From assembly GCF_006345805.1 (NCBI RefSeq), contig NC_043024.1:13640001-13704000 (forward strand): a DNA stretch of 64,000 nucleotides. Direction: 5' to 3'. The DNA is from Octopus sinensis. Lineage: Eukaryota. Position 1 is the stretch's first letter; the number at the start of each line of letters is the position of its first letter. Shown piece after piece: positions 37,618 through 50,021 of the stretch. The notes under the pieces are model-generated. The model did no database searches. It saw only the letters and a list, made by a program, of their open reading frames with translations, and was not told the origin of the DNA. The position numbers and the translations under genes are program-made.

Positions 37618-40600
37618 AAGGAAATCCGTTGGAAAACAAAACAGAACAGAGGCGGAGCAAAAAACAAATCGAACTGTGCTCCTAAGAGCCCATTGCGAAA
37701 CTGTTTTCATGTATGTTGAGAACCGGTGGCTGAAGAATTCACGGGTCAGGCATCGGTCAATCATGTGGGTGAGGGTGTATAGATGTTCTTTGTAACCGAG
37801 AATAAAGTTCTGACTATCCTTAAGGAGTTGGTTTGTAAAACCAACGCATTCATAAACCGGATAAGATGGCTCATTTTCTTCCACGAGAACGAAGATCTAA
37901 AATCGAACCGGACAACATCATCGTCCGAATACGGCCGGCTTTTTAAAACATTGGATACGCCGCCACCGAACCCAAGACTGAAGAAGTTTGAGGACGACTT
38001 GTGGGACATAGTTAGAAAGATTAAGTTCAGGAGTCACCCAGGAGAAATGCCCACCTCAGATACCTAGATAAAATTACCAAGGACATTAATAGAACGGACG
38101 GAGTCCTGGTCCAGTCCGACAAGACCAGGAACACATACAAGATGCCCATTAAGCAGTACTTAGATTTACTCGGTAAAGAGATCAAGAAAAATTATAGAAA
38201 AACCAATTGGAGTACCCTGAGGAAGGTAAACTTGGAAATTAAGGATATAATATTTAAACACGGATTCAAATGAGAACTCAGCCTCTAGCCCCAAGCAACC
38301 CAGATTTATAGTGAAGGACCATAAACCTAACTTCCACACCAACCCAGCGCTAAGACTCATATGCCCTGCTAGATCTGATATCGGGATAATCAGTAAGTAC
38401 ATTTTAGATAAATATATCCCTAGTTTAGTAAACAAGCTGAAGCTCAGCCTCTGGCCAACTCCTCGCAGGTAGTGAAGTGGTTCTCTTCCATCCCCAATAA
38501 GAACCGTACTAGGTTCATTCAGTTTGATATCGCCAGCTTCTACCCCTCGATTAACCCTAGTGTGCTAAATAAGCCCTCTGGCATGCTCACAACAAGGCTG
38601 GCCTCACCAGAGAAGAGATAGATATCATTTTAGTTGCCAGGAAATCGTTTATTAAGTTTGATAATAAGTTGTGGATCCGTAAATATACTCCCAATGAATT
38701 TGATGTGCCTATGGGTAGTTCGGATAGTGCGCAGATAGCCGATTTGGTCGGAATATATATTCTCTACGAATTGTCCGATCAATTCCCGGAGATCGCGGGC
38801 GGCCTGTATCGTGACGATTGTCTGTTTTACCTGCAAACACCACGAACAAATAGTGCAGAAAACTAAGAGCAGGTTAGCTAGGTTTTTTAATAGAATGGGC
38901 ATGAGTATAGTTTTTTGATAATGAACTCACCAAGGCTAATTTCCTAGACGTTACACTTAACCTTAATAGCGACTCATACTGCCCTTACCATAAGCCTTCC
39001 ACTAATTTGAAGTATGTCAGTGTCTTCTCAAATCATGCCAAAACCGTAACAGACAATTTGGTTAAAAACATCTCTCTAAGATTGTCTGGCTTGTCCGCCA
39101 GTGCCGATATTTTTATGCAGAAAGCGGAATTTTATAACGCCGCACTATCCAAGGCCGGTTATAGGTAGAAGGTAATTTATATTGATCCGGCCCTTCCGAT
39201 GCCATCATTCGGTCATCAGGATAGGGCCGTATATAATAACATTACATTTTAAGTAAGGACGGGAGCGCGGCGGATGCCGGGGTAGTCGCTCCCGCATTTA
39301 ATTTAGCGAACAAGGATAATTATCGGTCCGGGAGGTCTTACACTAACCCAAGACCCGTTATTCATCCGAGAATCACCCACCCGAATGCGAGAGCTGGCGT
39401 CCCGACCCATCACACTGATAGGAATAAGCATATATGGTTTGTAATCCCCTTTGGTAAGCAGATTAGAACTAACCTCCCCCTCATGTTTAGACATGCCATC
39501 GCCAATAACTTCCCCAGAAATTCCAAATATTACTCCACGGTTAACTCACATAAAGTTAGGATAGCTTTCTCCAACACTAAAAACCTCGCCCAGATAATCG
39601 CCTCCCAATAATAGGCTACTTACTAAGACCCTATCACCTTTTTCCGGAGGCACAGCCTCTTCCGCTCCGGTTTAATGCTCAGTAGGAATAATTATAGTAG
39701 TAATAATGATATGAGAGCCAGTACAGTGACACATAATCTCAGCTCCAGCCAGGGTACCCACTAGGGTATAGTTATAAATAGGGTGTTGTGGTTGACGGTA
39801 ACAATGGGAGTAGGGTAGAGAGCCCCATTAGCATCCCCAGCATCATTTCCCGCAATAGCAGTACCACGGGCAGTAGCAATGACAGCACTCTGATAGATAG
39901 TGGAGAATCAGGGGTTATTCCTATAGTTAATAGTGACGTAGTGGAAATAGAGTAGTAAGCGGCTGCAGGTCTCGGAACGAATATAGTGACAGGAACGCAG
40001 TTCTAATTTCAGAAACCAATCCTAGCAGATAAGATTCACGTCGGCGAACTCCAAGATCAAAACGCCGTCTACCAATGCAAGGTTTACACGGACTCAGATG
40101 CCTTCACTTATGTAGGGGCATCATCCTCAAGATTGTCTTTGCTGTCTCCAACCATTACGCAACTTTTCGGGACGTGAACAAGCGCCAGACCACGGGACTC
40201 AGTAAGCTAATATGGCGACTGAAGGATGCGAACTTAAGCTATAGGCTGGAATGGTCAATTTTGTCGGTGGCCCTCCCATTTGATAGGGGCAGAAGACAGT
40301 GCAACCTTTGTGTCTCCGAACTCTTCCATATTTTGTTTGCCAGAGGCCGGATGGTAAACGGGCTCTTACAGTCGGCTTTCGATGCCCCCATTGGCGGCGT
40401 AACACTTATCTGGTCTTTAAATACGTTTATAAATAATACCGGCACCCATAGCCCTTGGTAACAATTCTGAAATAGCCTTTAAGATATCTACGATTAACCA
40501 CTGCAAGGGGAATTACTCCTGTAAGACAAACGGGGCTTGGTTTTTTCACAGCGGGGGTTTCCTTGACAAGGCAGGCTTAGATGAACACACACACACATAA

Positions 40601-41024
40601 ACATAATATATATAATATAATTTTTTTATTTTTTTCTTTCTGCCACCCACGGTTATCACGGCAGTAGCCACTGACAGCCGAACGATCAAACGCACACACG
40701 TACACAAAAAATGTTTTCTACCCCTACGCCAACACACACATATATAGAACAGTATACACACACACACGTCTCTAAGTAGATTTTTTCTCGCCCCTTATAA
40801 AACATCCAATATTCTTTAAATAGTCAGAACTTTATTCTCGGTCACAAAGAACATCTATACACCCTCACCCACATGATTGACCGATGCCTGACCCGTTGAA
40901 TTCTTCAGCCACCGGTTCTCAACATACACTGATAAACAGTTTCGCCATGGGCTCTTAGGAGCACAGTTCGATTTGTTTTTTGCTCCGCCTCTGTTCTGTT
41001 TTTGTTTTTCCAACGGATTTCCTT

Positions 41025-41114
41025 TTTTCTTCCTGAAGAGAAAGACACAATATGGTCCCATTATTCAATCGGATTTTGGTAATTTGTGCCTTTCGAAACA
41101 CGTGTAGAATGAAA
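41025..41114 (+). ncRNA. Type I hammerhead ribozyme in the 3' pLTR of the PLE, intact core
   Basis: TTTTCTTC-CTGAAGA-GAAAGACACAA..TTGTGCCTTTC-GAAAC-ACGT-GTA-GAATGAAA: 11-bp stem II with one mismatch, palindromic loop III, GUA triplet with predicted cleavage after 41106. Confidence 0.85.
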
Positions 41115-41178
41115 TAAAACGATTTCTGTTCAATCTGCGTTCAGCTCCATTTCTTCAATTCACCAATAATGTTTTATA

Positions 41179-41207
<29 letters not shown>

Positions 41208-41211
<4 letters not shown>

Positions 41212-41404
41212 ACCAAGAATAAAGCAACAAGAAGGATCAGTATTTTAGTACAATTGTTTCATACTAAGAATATTTTTATTTAAAGCTGCAAATATTACAG
41301 CAAATATTTGCTGTAATATTTGCAGCTTTAAATAAAAATGTTTTCAGTATGAAACAATTGTACTGAATTACTGATCCATTCTTGTTGCTTTTTTCTTGGT
41401 TATA
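41208..41404. repeat. Spacerless palindrome of ~197 bp with a perfect 68-bp core (41272-41339)
   Basis: Centre CAGCAAAT|ATTTGCTG between 41305 and 41306. Confidence 0.95.
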
Positions 41405-42868
41405 ATCATCCCATATATTTTTATGGTTTATACCATAAAGAATTCTGGTGCATCTAAGTTAAGTACCATATTCATTTGAATTCATTTGAATCTTAATTGT
41501 TTTGCTGAAATTATATATATATATATATACAAGTATGTGTGTTGTGTCTGTGTGTGTTTGTGTGCGTATACCTGCAACTTCCCATTTCGCCACGAGAACC
41601 TTATACTGCAGGACGATTGAAACAAGATGAATAATGATTTATTATAAGTCAAATATAGATACAAAACATTTGCTAATTGTTTTTTGTTTTTTTAACAATT
41701 ATTTTGGGGATGGAATGTGTTACCTTTTCTTGTGGTATCAGTCAAATTTAGGCCAAATATCCTGTTTGTCGCTCAGATTATATAGAGTCTGGGGTGAAAT
41801 CATGCTTTGCAGAAGGTATATATTTTGGGGTCAACTTTTAGGCAGAGTGAATTAGTCTTCCATCATAATATGATGAATGTAAATACCAGTGAAAAAACGT
41901 AAACAATAAAACCAACTAGAGTTTAGGGTACCTGATATCAGATATATATATAAACTTTCAGTTATTGTAAAGGTACCTTTATATGAGACAGTGTCACTGG
42001 TTGGCGATTACCAGTCGTTGGTTCTCTTACAAAATTCATAAATCTTTAGGCTTTGGCTTAAGTTACTGAGACAATTTTTGTAAACCTTCCTCCTGATAGA
42101 CGAGGAAGTTAATGCCAGCCATAAACTTCGATTAGATGACTAAATAGTTCGCCTGCAATGAAGAGACTGGTTACGTAAAAATAACATAAAATATTGGATT
42201 TATGCAATATTTATCACATATAGCAAGGATGGTCAATTTGTTCGCATGTAGTTTGGTGCAAAAAATCGATAGAATCTCGTATAAAATAGAGAATAAATGT
42301 ATGATTAATAAATATACTAACAAATAATCACATAGACGGACCTTAATGAAGTTTAAATGTGGTTTGATCAAAACTATATTTGCAGTTTAGATACCGAGCG
42401 ATCGAATCGATATATACAATCTGCCACTATCTCTTTACGACGGATCAGCAGAAGACAATTACACGGGCCACTTTCGAGAAAAGGTGAAATTGTATATATA
42501 CGCACATACATGCATATATATGTGTATGTGTGTATCTGTGTGTGTTTTTGTGTGTATATATGTATATATATATAAAACTATATATATGCATACATATATA
42601 TTTATATACACACATATACATATATCCATACAAATACATGCATATATGTATAAATATATATGTATATATACACGCACATATATATATATATATATTTATA
42701 TATATTAATAAATGTAAATATAAAGATACACAACACACACACACACATACACACACGCCATATATATATATATATATTATTATATATATTATATAATGCA
42801 CATATCTATATATGAATATATATACAAACATCGATACATATATATTTGCATATAAATACACATGTATC

Positions 42869-42903
<35 letters not shown>

Positions 42904-43535
42904 TATATATAACACACACAATAATATCTATATGTGTATCTATCTATAGATTTCTTCCTCAGTCTGTGTGTGTTCGTATATATATATATATATATATGTA
43001 TGCATGTATCTATGTATGTATGCATATATATATACATGTATGTCTATCTATTTATTTCTCTGTCTATCTATATCAAAATCTATATCTATGTTTATATATA
43101 TACATATACATGCACTCGTGGCTAACAGAGCACATTAACGCGTGTGTAATGGGCAAGATATTAAATCCGTTCATGAGTGGTTAATGCAGATCGAGTTTTT
43201 CCTTTCAGTGGTATACAACGACGTCTTTTACGTCAGCGAATTCCATTGACGTCATCTTTAGAGGCGACCATTATATAGCAAGACCATTTCCAGACCATTT
43301 CCAAATACAGTTCAATTAATAGAAAGGAATATTAATACCATATAGAACATATTTTAGTGGGCTTCAGTCTGCACATCGTTTGTGTGTGTGTTTGTTTTTT
43401 TTCTAGTCAAAATGAAGGTATGTAGAAAATCACATCATATATATATATATTTACACATATAGGATTCATATCCTCCCCCCTCCCCCATATATATATATAT
43501 ATATATATAATATATATATATATATATAACGTGTG

Positions 43536-43577
<42 letters not shown>

Positions 43578-43672
43578 GGAGAGAGTTCACGAAAAAACAA
43601 AGACGAAGACAGGTGGTGTAGAAATTTAGAAATTAAACAGAATGATTAGTATAACGCTCAGGAATATATATA

Positions 43673-43729
<57 letters not shown>

Positions 43730-43736
43730 ATATATT

Positions 43737-43796
<60 letters not shown>

Positions 43797-44356
43797 TATA
43801 TATATATATTTATATATATGTAGGTGCTCATTAGAAATGTATATACAATCAAGCACACACACACACATATATATATATAGTATACATGTCTTTATGTGTA
43901 TGATTTTCTATAGGCACTCAGTCTGTTTGGTTGTTAGGTGGATAGTTATATAGACAGCTAAGTAATGAGGTAAACAGGTTTATATATCTTGTGCGTGTGT
44001 CTCTTTGTACTTATTCATATATTTGTGATGGGTCATAGAGTCCGTGTAAATATTACTTTACTGGAGAATATAGTGTAGAAGTATTTAGCTATATGTTACT
44101 TACGAATAAGTGAAAAAAAAAACATAGTTATTACGTGTAATCGTTCTATATAAGTCATTTTGTCAGAAGCATTATGAGAAATGGAGAACGACGCACAATA
44201 ACAGGCACGCGTTGCTAACCAGAGTTTTGAAAGAGTGTTGTGGTTGATAAGGGGTAAAGTGTGTTTCAGGGTTTTGGTTGAAGGTTTACTCTCAGCATGC
44301 ACATTCCTTTATTCCTCATAACGATTTCGATGGCTTCAGCGGTTTAATAATTATGT

Positions 44357-44722
44357 CGTGGCACTTCGTCGGTTACGACAACCAAGGTTCCATTTGAGCC
44401 GATCAACGGAACAGTCTGCTCATGAAATTAACGTGCAAGTGGCTGAGCACTCCACTGACACCTGCACCCTAAACAATTTCTCGGGGTGATTCAGCGTGAC
44501 ATAGAGTGTGACAAGGCTGGTCCCTGTGAAATACAGGTACAACAGAAACAGGAAGAAAAAGTGAGAAAAAGCTGTGGTGGAAGAGTACAACATGGTTCGA
44601 CACTACCCCCTGCCGAAGCCTCGTGAAGCTTTAGGTGTTTTGGCTCAATAAACACTCACAACGTTCGGTCTGGGAAGCGAAACCGCGAGTCTACTGCTCT
44701 AACCACTGGTCCATTGCATCTG
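44357..44722 (-). mobile_element. tRNA-derived SINE, family D, with a possibly RTE-type 3' end
   Basis: Head GCAGATGCAATGGACCAGTGGTTAGAGCAGTAGACTCGCGG; 3' end GTCGTAACCGACGAAGTGCCACGAC. The RTE link is inferred. Confidence 0.6.
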
Positions 44723-45723
44723 CACTATAATTATGAATACGATTAAATATGCCGTTATATCAGAGGAATGGTGAGTAAAGTTTATTTGTCTTCGTTAACC
44801 TATTCCTTGTAGAAACTGGAGCGCAAGCAGTTTTGTTTGGTATATACCTGTATAACGCCTGAAGTTTCACTCGTACCAGATATGCTCCTGATAAACCTCC
44901 GAGTCTTGCGGCTGCAGCCTTTGTTTCTTTGGAGGAAATATTTCGGATGTTAGGTTCAAACAAAGGAGAAAAGCGAGGGCTGTAGCATATTACCTGCCTT
45001 CTCCATCTATTCCACCAATATACGATTTAGAGGGGGGGCAGTCGGTTTAGTGGAGATCTTACCTAGGAAATTTGGTATGGCTCTTAAGAAAGGTGTGCAG
45101 AGATTTTCTACCTTAGTCTTAAGTTTAGTTAGTAATGAAAGCACCATCTGGTTTACTGACTTTTAAGGCGTTTGTTTTTGCTATTCTTATAATTTCTTAT
45201 GTTCCTCGGTAGATATAAAATTATGCATACGGGTGGGGGGTATATTAGGTCATGCACTTTTCTTAACATTTAATTTAACATATAAATTCCAAGGCAGTGT
45301 GTCGTGTATGATAATTTAAAGACTTAAATCGCTTATGGAATAATGTCAATCGGCCTGGCTAAACCTGGTACGCTATATATCAAAACATGTAACCTAGGCG
45401 CATACTATATATGATGCCTAACAGTATATATATATCTATATATATATATATAATATCTATATATGTGTGTGTGGTGTGTGTTGTATGTGTTTGGTTGTGT
45501 GAATATATTGTATATATCAACTGTGTGTGGGCGTATTTTCTGCGTAATTCATACTTTGTTGTGGTTCGTAAAACCTTCCCGTTATATATATATATCACGT
45601 ATATATATATTATATATATAATATATATATAATATAATAGATATAATATATATATATATATAATATAATATATATTGTATATATTATATATATAAGAATA
45701 TATGATATAGTATATACATATAT

Positions 45724-45774
<51 letters not shown>

Positions 45775-45962
45775 ATATATACATATATATAACATATATT
45801 ATATATTATATATATATTATATAGCATTATAAGACAATATATTATATAATAGATTTATATATATATATTAGATAATATATACTATAAATATATGTATATA
45901 TATATATATAGATTATATAAATGTTATATAAATATTATATATACTATATACATATATAACGT

Positions 45963-45999
<37 letters not shown>

Positions 46000-46635
46000 T
46001 TCTTATATATATATACATCTTATTATATATTATATATATTATATATAATATTTAGATATATAATATATATATATATATAAGATATATATAATGTGTGTGT
46101 GCACACAGCAGATAGATACAAACAAACACAAACGCACACTCATGCGACACAAGCACGGAACACATGTAGGGAACACAAGTAAGGGTAGGACATTGTAACA
46201 TAGGAGTTTGTGAAATGTGTTAGGAATGGAAGAACAAAAGAGATTGTAAGATGTCAAGATAAGTGAATGCATGAGACGTTCACGATATGTTTCGCAAATG
46301 AATGCACGCGAACAACATTCATTAAAATCTTTTCTTGTGTGAATATGAGAGTATATTGAGGATAACAGGTTCAATAAAAGTCTTCCTATTGAAAGTAACG
46401 CGTACACTCAATGTCTTTGAGGCGCTATCAGTCTTCAGTCGTAGAAGTAGAGACACTGTGGAGCATTTGTACGAATTCATAACTTTCTATTTGTCATGCG
46501 GTATACATATATTTATAAATATATGTGTGTGTGTGTATGTGTATGTGTGTAGGATTGCACGTATAATTACGCAGATATCATCACCACGAATATATTATAG
46601 TGTAAGGATACTTGCAGGAACGATAAATAAAAAGG

Positions 46636-46855
46636 GCCCCCGGCGAAATGCTTTGCGGTGTTTCGTCCACCGTTACGTTCTGAGTTCAAATTCCGCCGAG
46701 GTCGACTTTGCCTTTCATCCATTCGAGGTCGATAAATTCAGTACAAGTTACACAATGAGGTCGATATAATCGACTTAATCCGTCTGTCTGTCTTTGTTCG
46801 TCCCATCTATGTTTAGCCTCTTGTGGATAGTAAAGAAATATCTATTTCGTCTGTC
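46636..46855 (+). mobile_element. SINE family A (5'-clipped)
   Basis: cggcgaaatgc...gagttcaaattccgccgaggtcgactttgcc...gtaaagaaata. Confidence 0.88.
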
Positions 46856-47087
46856 TTTTCTTGCTGTTGGATGGGAAATGTTGGAAATGTGGTAACTGTC
46901 GATAGACTTCAAGCCGCAGCTTTATCGAAAGCAGAACCAATAACATTGACAGACTTGCGCTATTGGACTGCCAGGTGGGAGAAATTCAGCAGCCTCATCA
47001 CGAATCAGAGATTATCTTAAGCAAATATAAGTTATAATAAATCTCTGAACGAGGTATAAACAGTAACTGCGCGACAACGTGAAGTAT

Positions 47088-47365
47088 ATTTGCCATCTAA
47101 ATGTGGCCAACCACTACGGGTGGATGTTACTATATCTTGTAACCCCAGGAGAACATCTTCTCCAGCTGTGCCCTATCGGTATATGCAAAGGGAAACCATC
47201 CTTCCCATCGTCGACCTGACGTGATACGCTCGGACCCGGGTTTCTGAGTATTTAACCGTCATCAGCCCACGACAATCAACGATCTTCGATGCGAACGGAT
47301 CCCAATGCAAATACATATATAATTTTCCCAGTGACTTTTCGTCAGTGATCGCGAAAAAGGGAAAA
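47088..47365 (-). mobile_element. Family G repeat, second copy, with hammerhead core at 47227-47271
   Basis: Homologous to 22545-22790. CTGATGA-CGGT..ACTCA-GAAAC-CCGG-GTC has an intact core but degenerate stems I and II. Confidence 0.65.
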
Positions 47366-47509
47366 CAAGCATACAGGCACAGGCTCATTTGTGTGTGTGT
47401 GTATATATATATATATAGGGAGAATTCACAAAAAAACAACAAAAGACGAAGACAGGTGGTGTAGACAAAAAACAGACGTATTAGTATAGCGTTCGGGAAG
47501 TAAAAAAGT

Positions 47510-47545
47510 CTTTAATGATTCGAGCTAACGCTCTTCCTCAGAAAG
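47510..47545 (-). ncRNA. Near-intact minimal hammerhead in a family H repeat (47415-47615)
   Basis: CTTT-CTGAGGA-AGAGC(GTTA)GCTC-GAATCATT-AAAG. Stems I and II pair; stem III is mutated. Confidence 0.55.
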
Positions 47546-47631
47546 GAACACAGAAAGAAACGAGGAGAGAAAATAAAAAATGTGTAGTGGCTAGCGATCT
47601 ATCATATATTTATATTCACACGCAATCATGC

Positions 47632-47867
47632 ATTTATTTCTTTATTGCCCACAAGGGTCTAAACATAGGGGGTACAAACAAGGACAGACAAAAAGACTAA
47701 GTCGATTAGATCGACCCCAGTACGTAACTGGTAATTAATTTATCGAACCTGAAAGGATGAAAGGCAAAGTCTACCTCGGTGGAATTTGAACTCAGAACGT
47801 AACGGGAGACGAAATACTGGTAAGCATTTCGCCCGGCGCGCTAAGGTTTCTGCCAGCTCGCCGCCTT
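47632..47867 (-). mobile_element. SINE family A, full length
   Basis: Complete tail, core and head. Confidence 0.9.
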
Positions 47868-48437
47868 TTGCACACATACATTTGTACTCTATGAAGGAGT
47901 ACATCCAGTACTCGTTTACTCACGAGTTTTCTGAATAAAGGCTAAATTAATGAGTAGCGGCAGGCAGTTATCTCGACTGCACATTCATATCTGACTTGGT
48001 TGAACATGAGGAACTTCAGAATAAAGTACACTAAGTACACACGAAATGCTTTACATAAATGTCAATTTTAATAAGAATATATTCTGATATTTTTGTAATT
48101 CATGTTGCACAAAATTAAATACAGCGAGGAACGAGAGACTCACGGGAAATGCTTAAAGGAAAAGATCCCAACGGCGAGGTATCAATTGACAGGTAGGAAA
48201 TAATTGCCGAGAAAATTAGAATATACAAAATATTTATGAAAATTTGAAGGAAATAACAATAAGTCTTTTAACTTATATATATATTACAGCCAACAATGAT
48301 ATATTATAAATTTTGTGTGTGTGTGTCTATATATAAATATATATATGTATTTATGTTTTTATATTATATGTATATATGTATGTATATTTATATGTATGTA
48401 TGTATGTATATTTATATGTATTTATATATATATATAT

Positions 48438-48476
<39 letters not shown>

Positions 48477-48518
48477 TATATATATACGTGTATATGTTTA
48501 TATATATAGGGAGAGAGA

Positions 48519-49721
48519 GGATGTGACGCTAAATTGTCGCCATTTTAAATTTAGTGCACGTGCACTGTTTGATTTTGGATTTTGTCGACAACACAGAATA
48601 GTAGAGTCAGTTGGGCACCGTCTGTGACAAAATATTCACCGTGACGATGTTCACTTTGGCAGAACTTTGGCCTTTGCGCCGGAGATTCCAATACGAACAT
48701 TTCAGAGTGTTTGGGTGTCAATCTGAGGGCGGTGAAGGGAATTCAGAAAGAGTTAGATACGTCTAATTGTTATTACGAATGTGTTTGGATCGATGACAAG
48801 TGACTTCTACTTTATGCCTGCATTCATTTTCCTACACGGCTTCAGACTCAACACGGAGGCCTACATCAAGTGCTTGGAGGAGATAGTGCTGACCTCGGTC
48901 AAGGGAGGGACTACTGGAACACCCGATGTCAGGTTGCAGGACTCTAGACCGTGACACACAGGCAAGAAAACCCAATCATAGGCAGCCGGACAATTTCTGC
49001 GACCAGAGCAAACCTAACATCTGGCCACCTAACTCCTCGGACTGCAATCTCCTCGAGGATTATGTGTTAGGCACAATTGAACGAGGGAACTAGAAATCAC
49101 CTTGTAACACCAAAGATGAACTGAAAGTAAGGATTATTGCAGCATGCACCAACTTAAACAAGGAGGTTGTCAAGGATGGTTGCAAAAGTCGTCTGTCGGC
49201 CGTGGTTGAAGCCAAAAGCAGTTTCATTGAACGAATATACTCTATAGCATTTCAAGATATGTTTATGCAATTTTAGTACATATAACAGTTAAAATGAGAT
49301 GTCAGTACTATTTTCGGAGATGTACTTGCATAGCGAGTGACTTGTTCTCAGTTCGTGTGCTGAAACGAAAACAATTGAAGCGTGGAAGGTGTTTGTAAGC
49401 CATTTAAGAAACACACAAAAGCCGTTCGATTTACTTCAATATTTAAGTTTAATTAGTCAAAATATTTTCGTCGCTATAAGACCGCGACATGTTCACTGAC
49501 AAAAGTCCGTGCAAAAAAGATACAGCATGGATTTTTGTCAGTGAACAGGTCTCGGTCTTATAGCGACGAAAATATTTTGACAAATTAAACTTAAATGTTG
49601 AAGTGAATCGAACGGCTTTTGTGTGTTTCTTAAATGGTTTACAAACACTTGCCTCGTTGCAATTGAGTACTATTTTCATATTTGCGTTATTTAGACGGCA
49701 ATTTGTTCACCACGCCCTGTA
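48519..49721 (+). mobile_element. Decayed Tc1/mariner-superfamily transposon, probably maT (DD37D), internally deleted
   Basis: 48780-49235 reads LNTEAYIKCLEEIVL..LQDS..HTGKKTQS..DNFCD..PNIWPPNSSDCNLLEDY..NTKDELKVRIIAA..RLSAVVEAKSSFIE. The right end aatttgttcaccacgccctg is followed by TA. The left TIR is only weakly similar. Confidence 0.8.
49316..49665. mobile_element. 350-bp foldback insertion (141-bp arms, 12-nt loop) with a 12-bp target-site duplication
   Basis: Arms 49372-49512 and 49525-49665. AGTACTATTTTC occurs at 49304-49315 and at 49666-49677. Confidence 0.9.
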
Positions 49722-50021
49722 TATATATGTTACGAATTGTTGTGGTATATGACATTGCTTCTTGGGCCCCGTTATGGTGGTAATACTGTTCTTGTAGGGG
49801 CAGGAGGTATATCGTCGGTGAGAATAATTATAGGCTCCCTGTTGTGCGCAGCTGGGAGCTGCGAAGCTTCTAACAATGCAATTTCTAAGATTCCTATATT
49901 TTCTAAAAAAGCAGGAGAGGTGGTGTAGAAAAAGATAGGGGCGGTTGGTAAGACAAATGCGAGAGCTTTGGGTGAGTTTTTCCTACTTGCCGCATAACCA
50001 TCCTGTGCCTCGTATGTACGT

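Larger units (their letters stand above)
37466..41176 (+). mobile_element. Penelope-like retroelement (RT plus C-terminal GIY-YIG; Naiad-like by motifs), decayed, flanked by inverted pLTR copies
   Basis: Frameshifted ORF ~37820-40436: FINRIRWLIFF, SDKTRNTY, KDHKPNF, FIQFDIASFYPSI, FDVPMGSSDSAQIADLVG, GLYRDDCL, NFLDVTLNL, AVYQCKV..TYVGASSS, GLSKLIWRLK, CNLC. Inverted repeats 37466-37817 and 40820-41176. Clade assignment needs a phylogeny. Confidence 0.9.

Noticed and set aside
37574-37795. 73-aa ORF as the N-terminus of the PLE protein
   Set aside because: It lies in the inverted (antisense) pLTR copy, so it is an incidental frame.
39185-39215. Minus-strand CTGATGA-CCGA..TCGG inside the PLE ORF
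   Set aside because: It is followed by AAGGG, not GAAAC, and has no stem III.
40495-40552. Additional hammerhead just after the PLE stop (AACCA-CTGCAAG..AAAC..TGGTT)
   Set aside because: Only stem I pairs; both core strands are broken. It may be a remnant, but it cannot be called.
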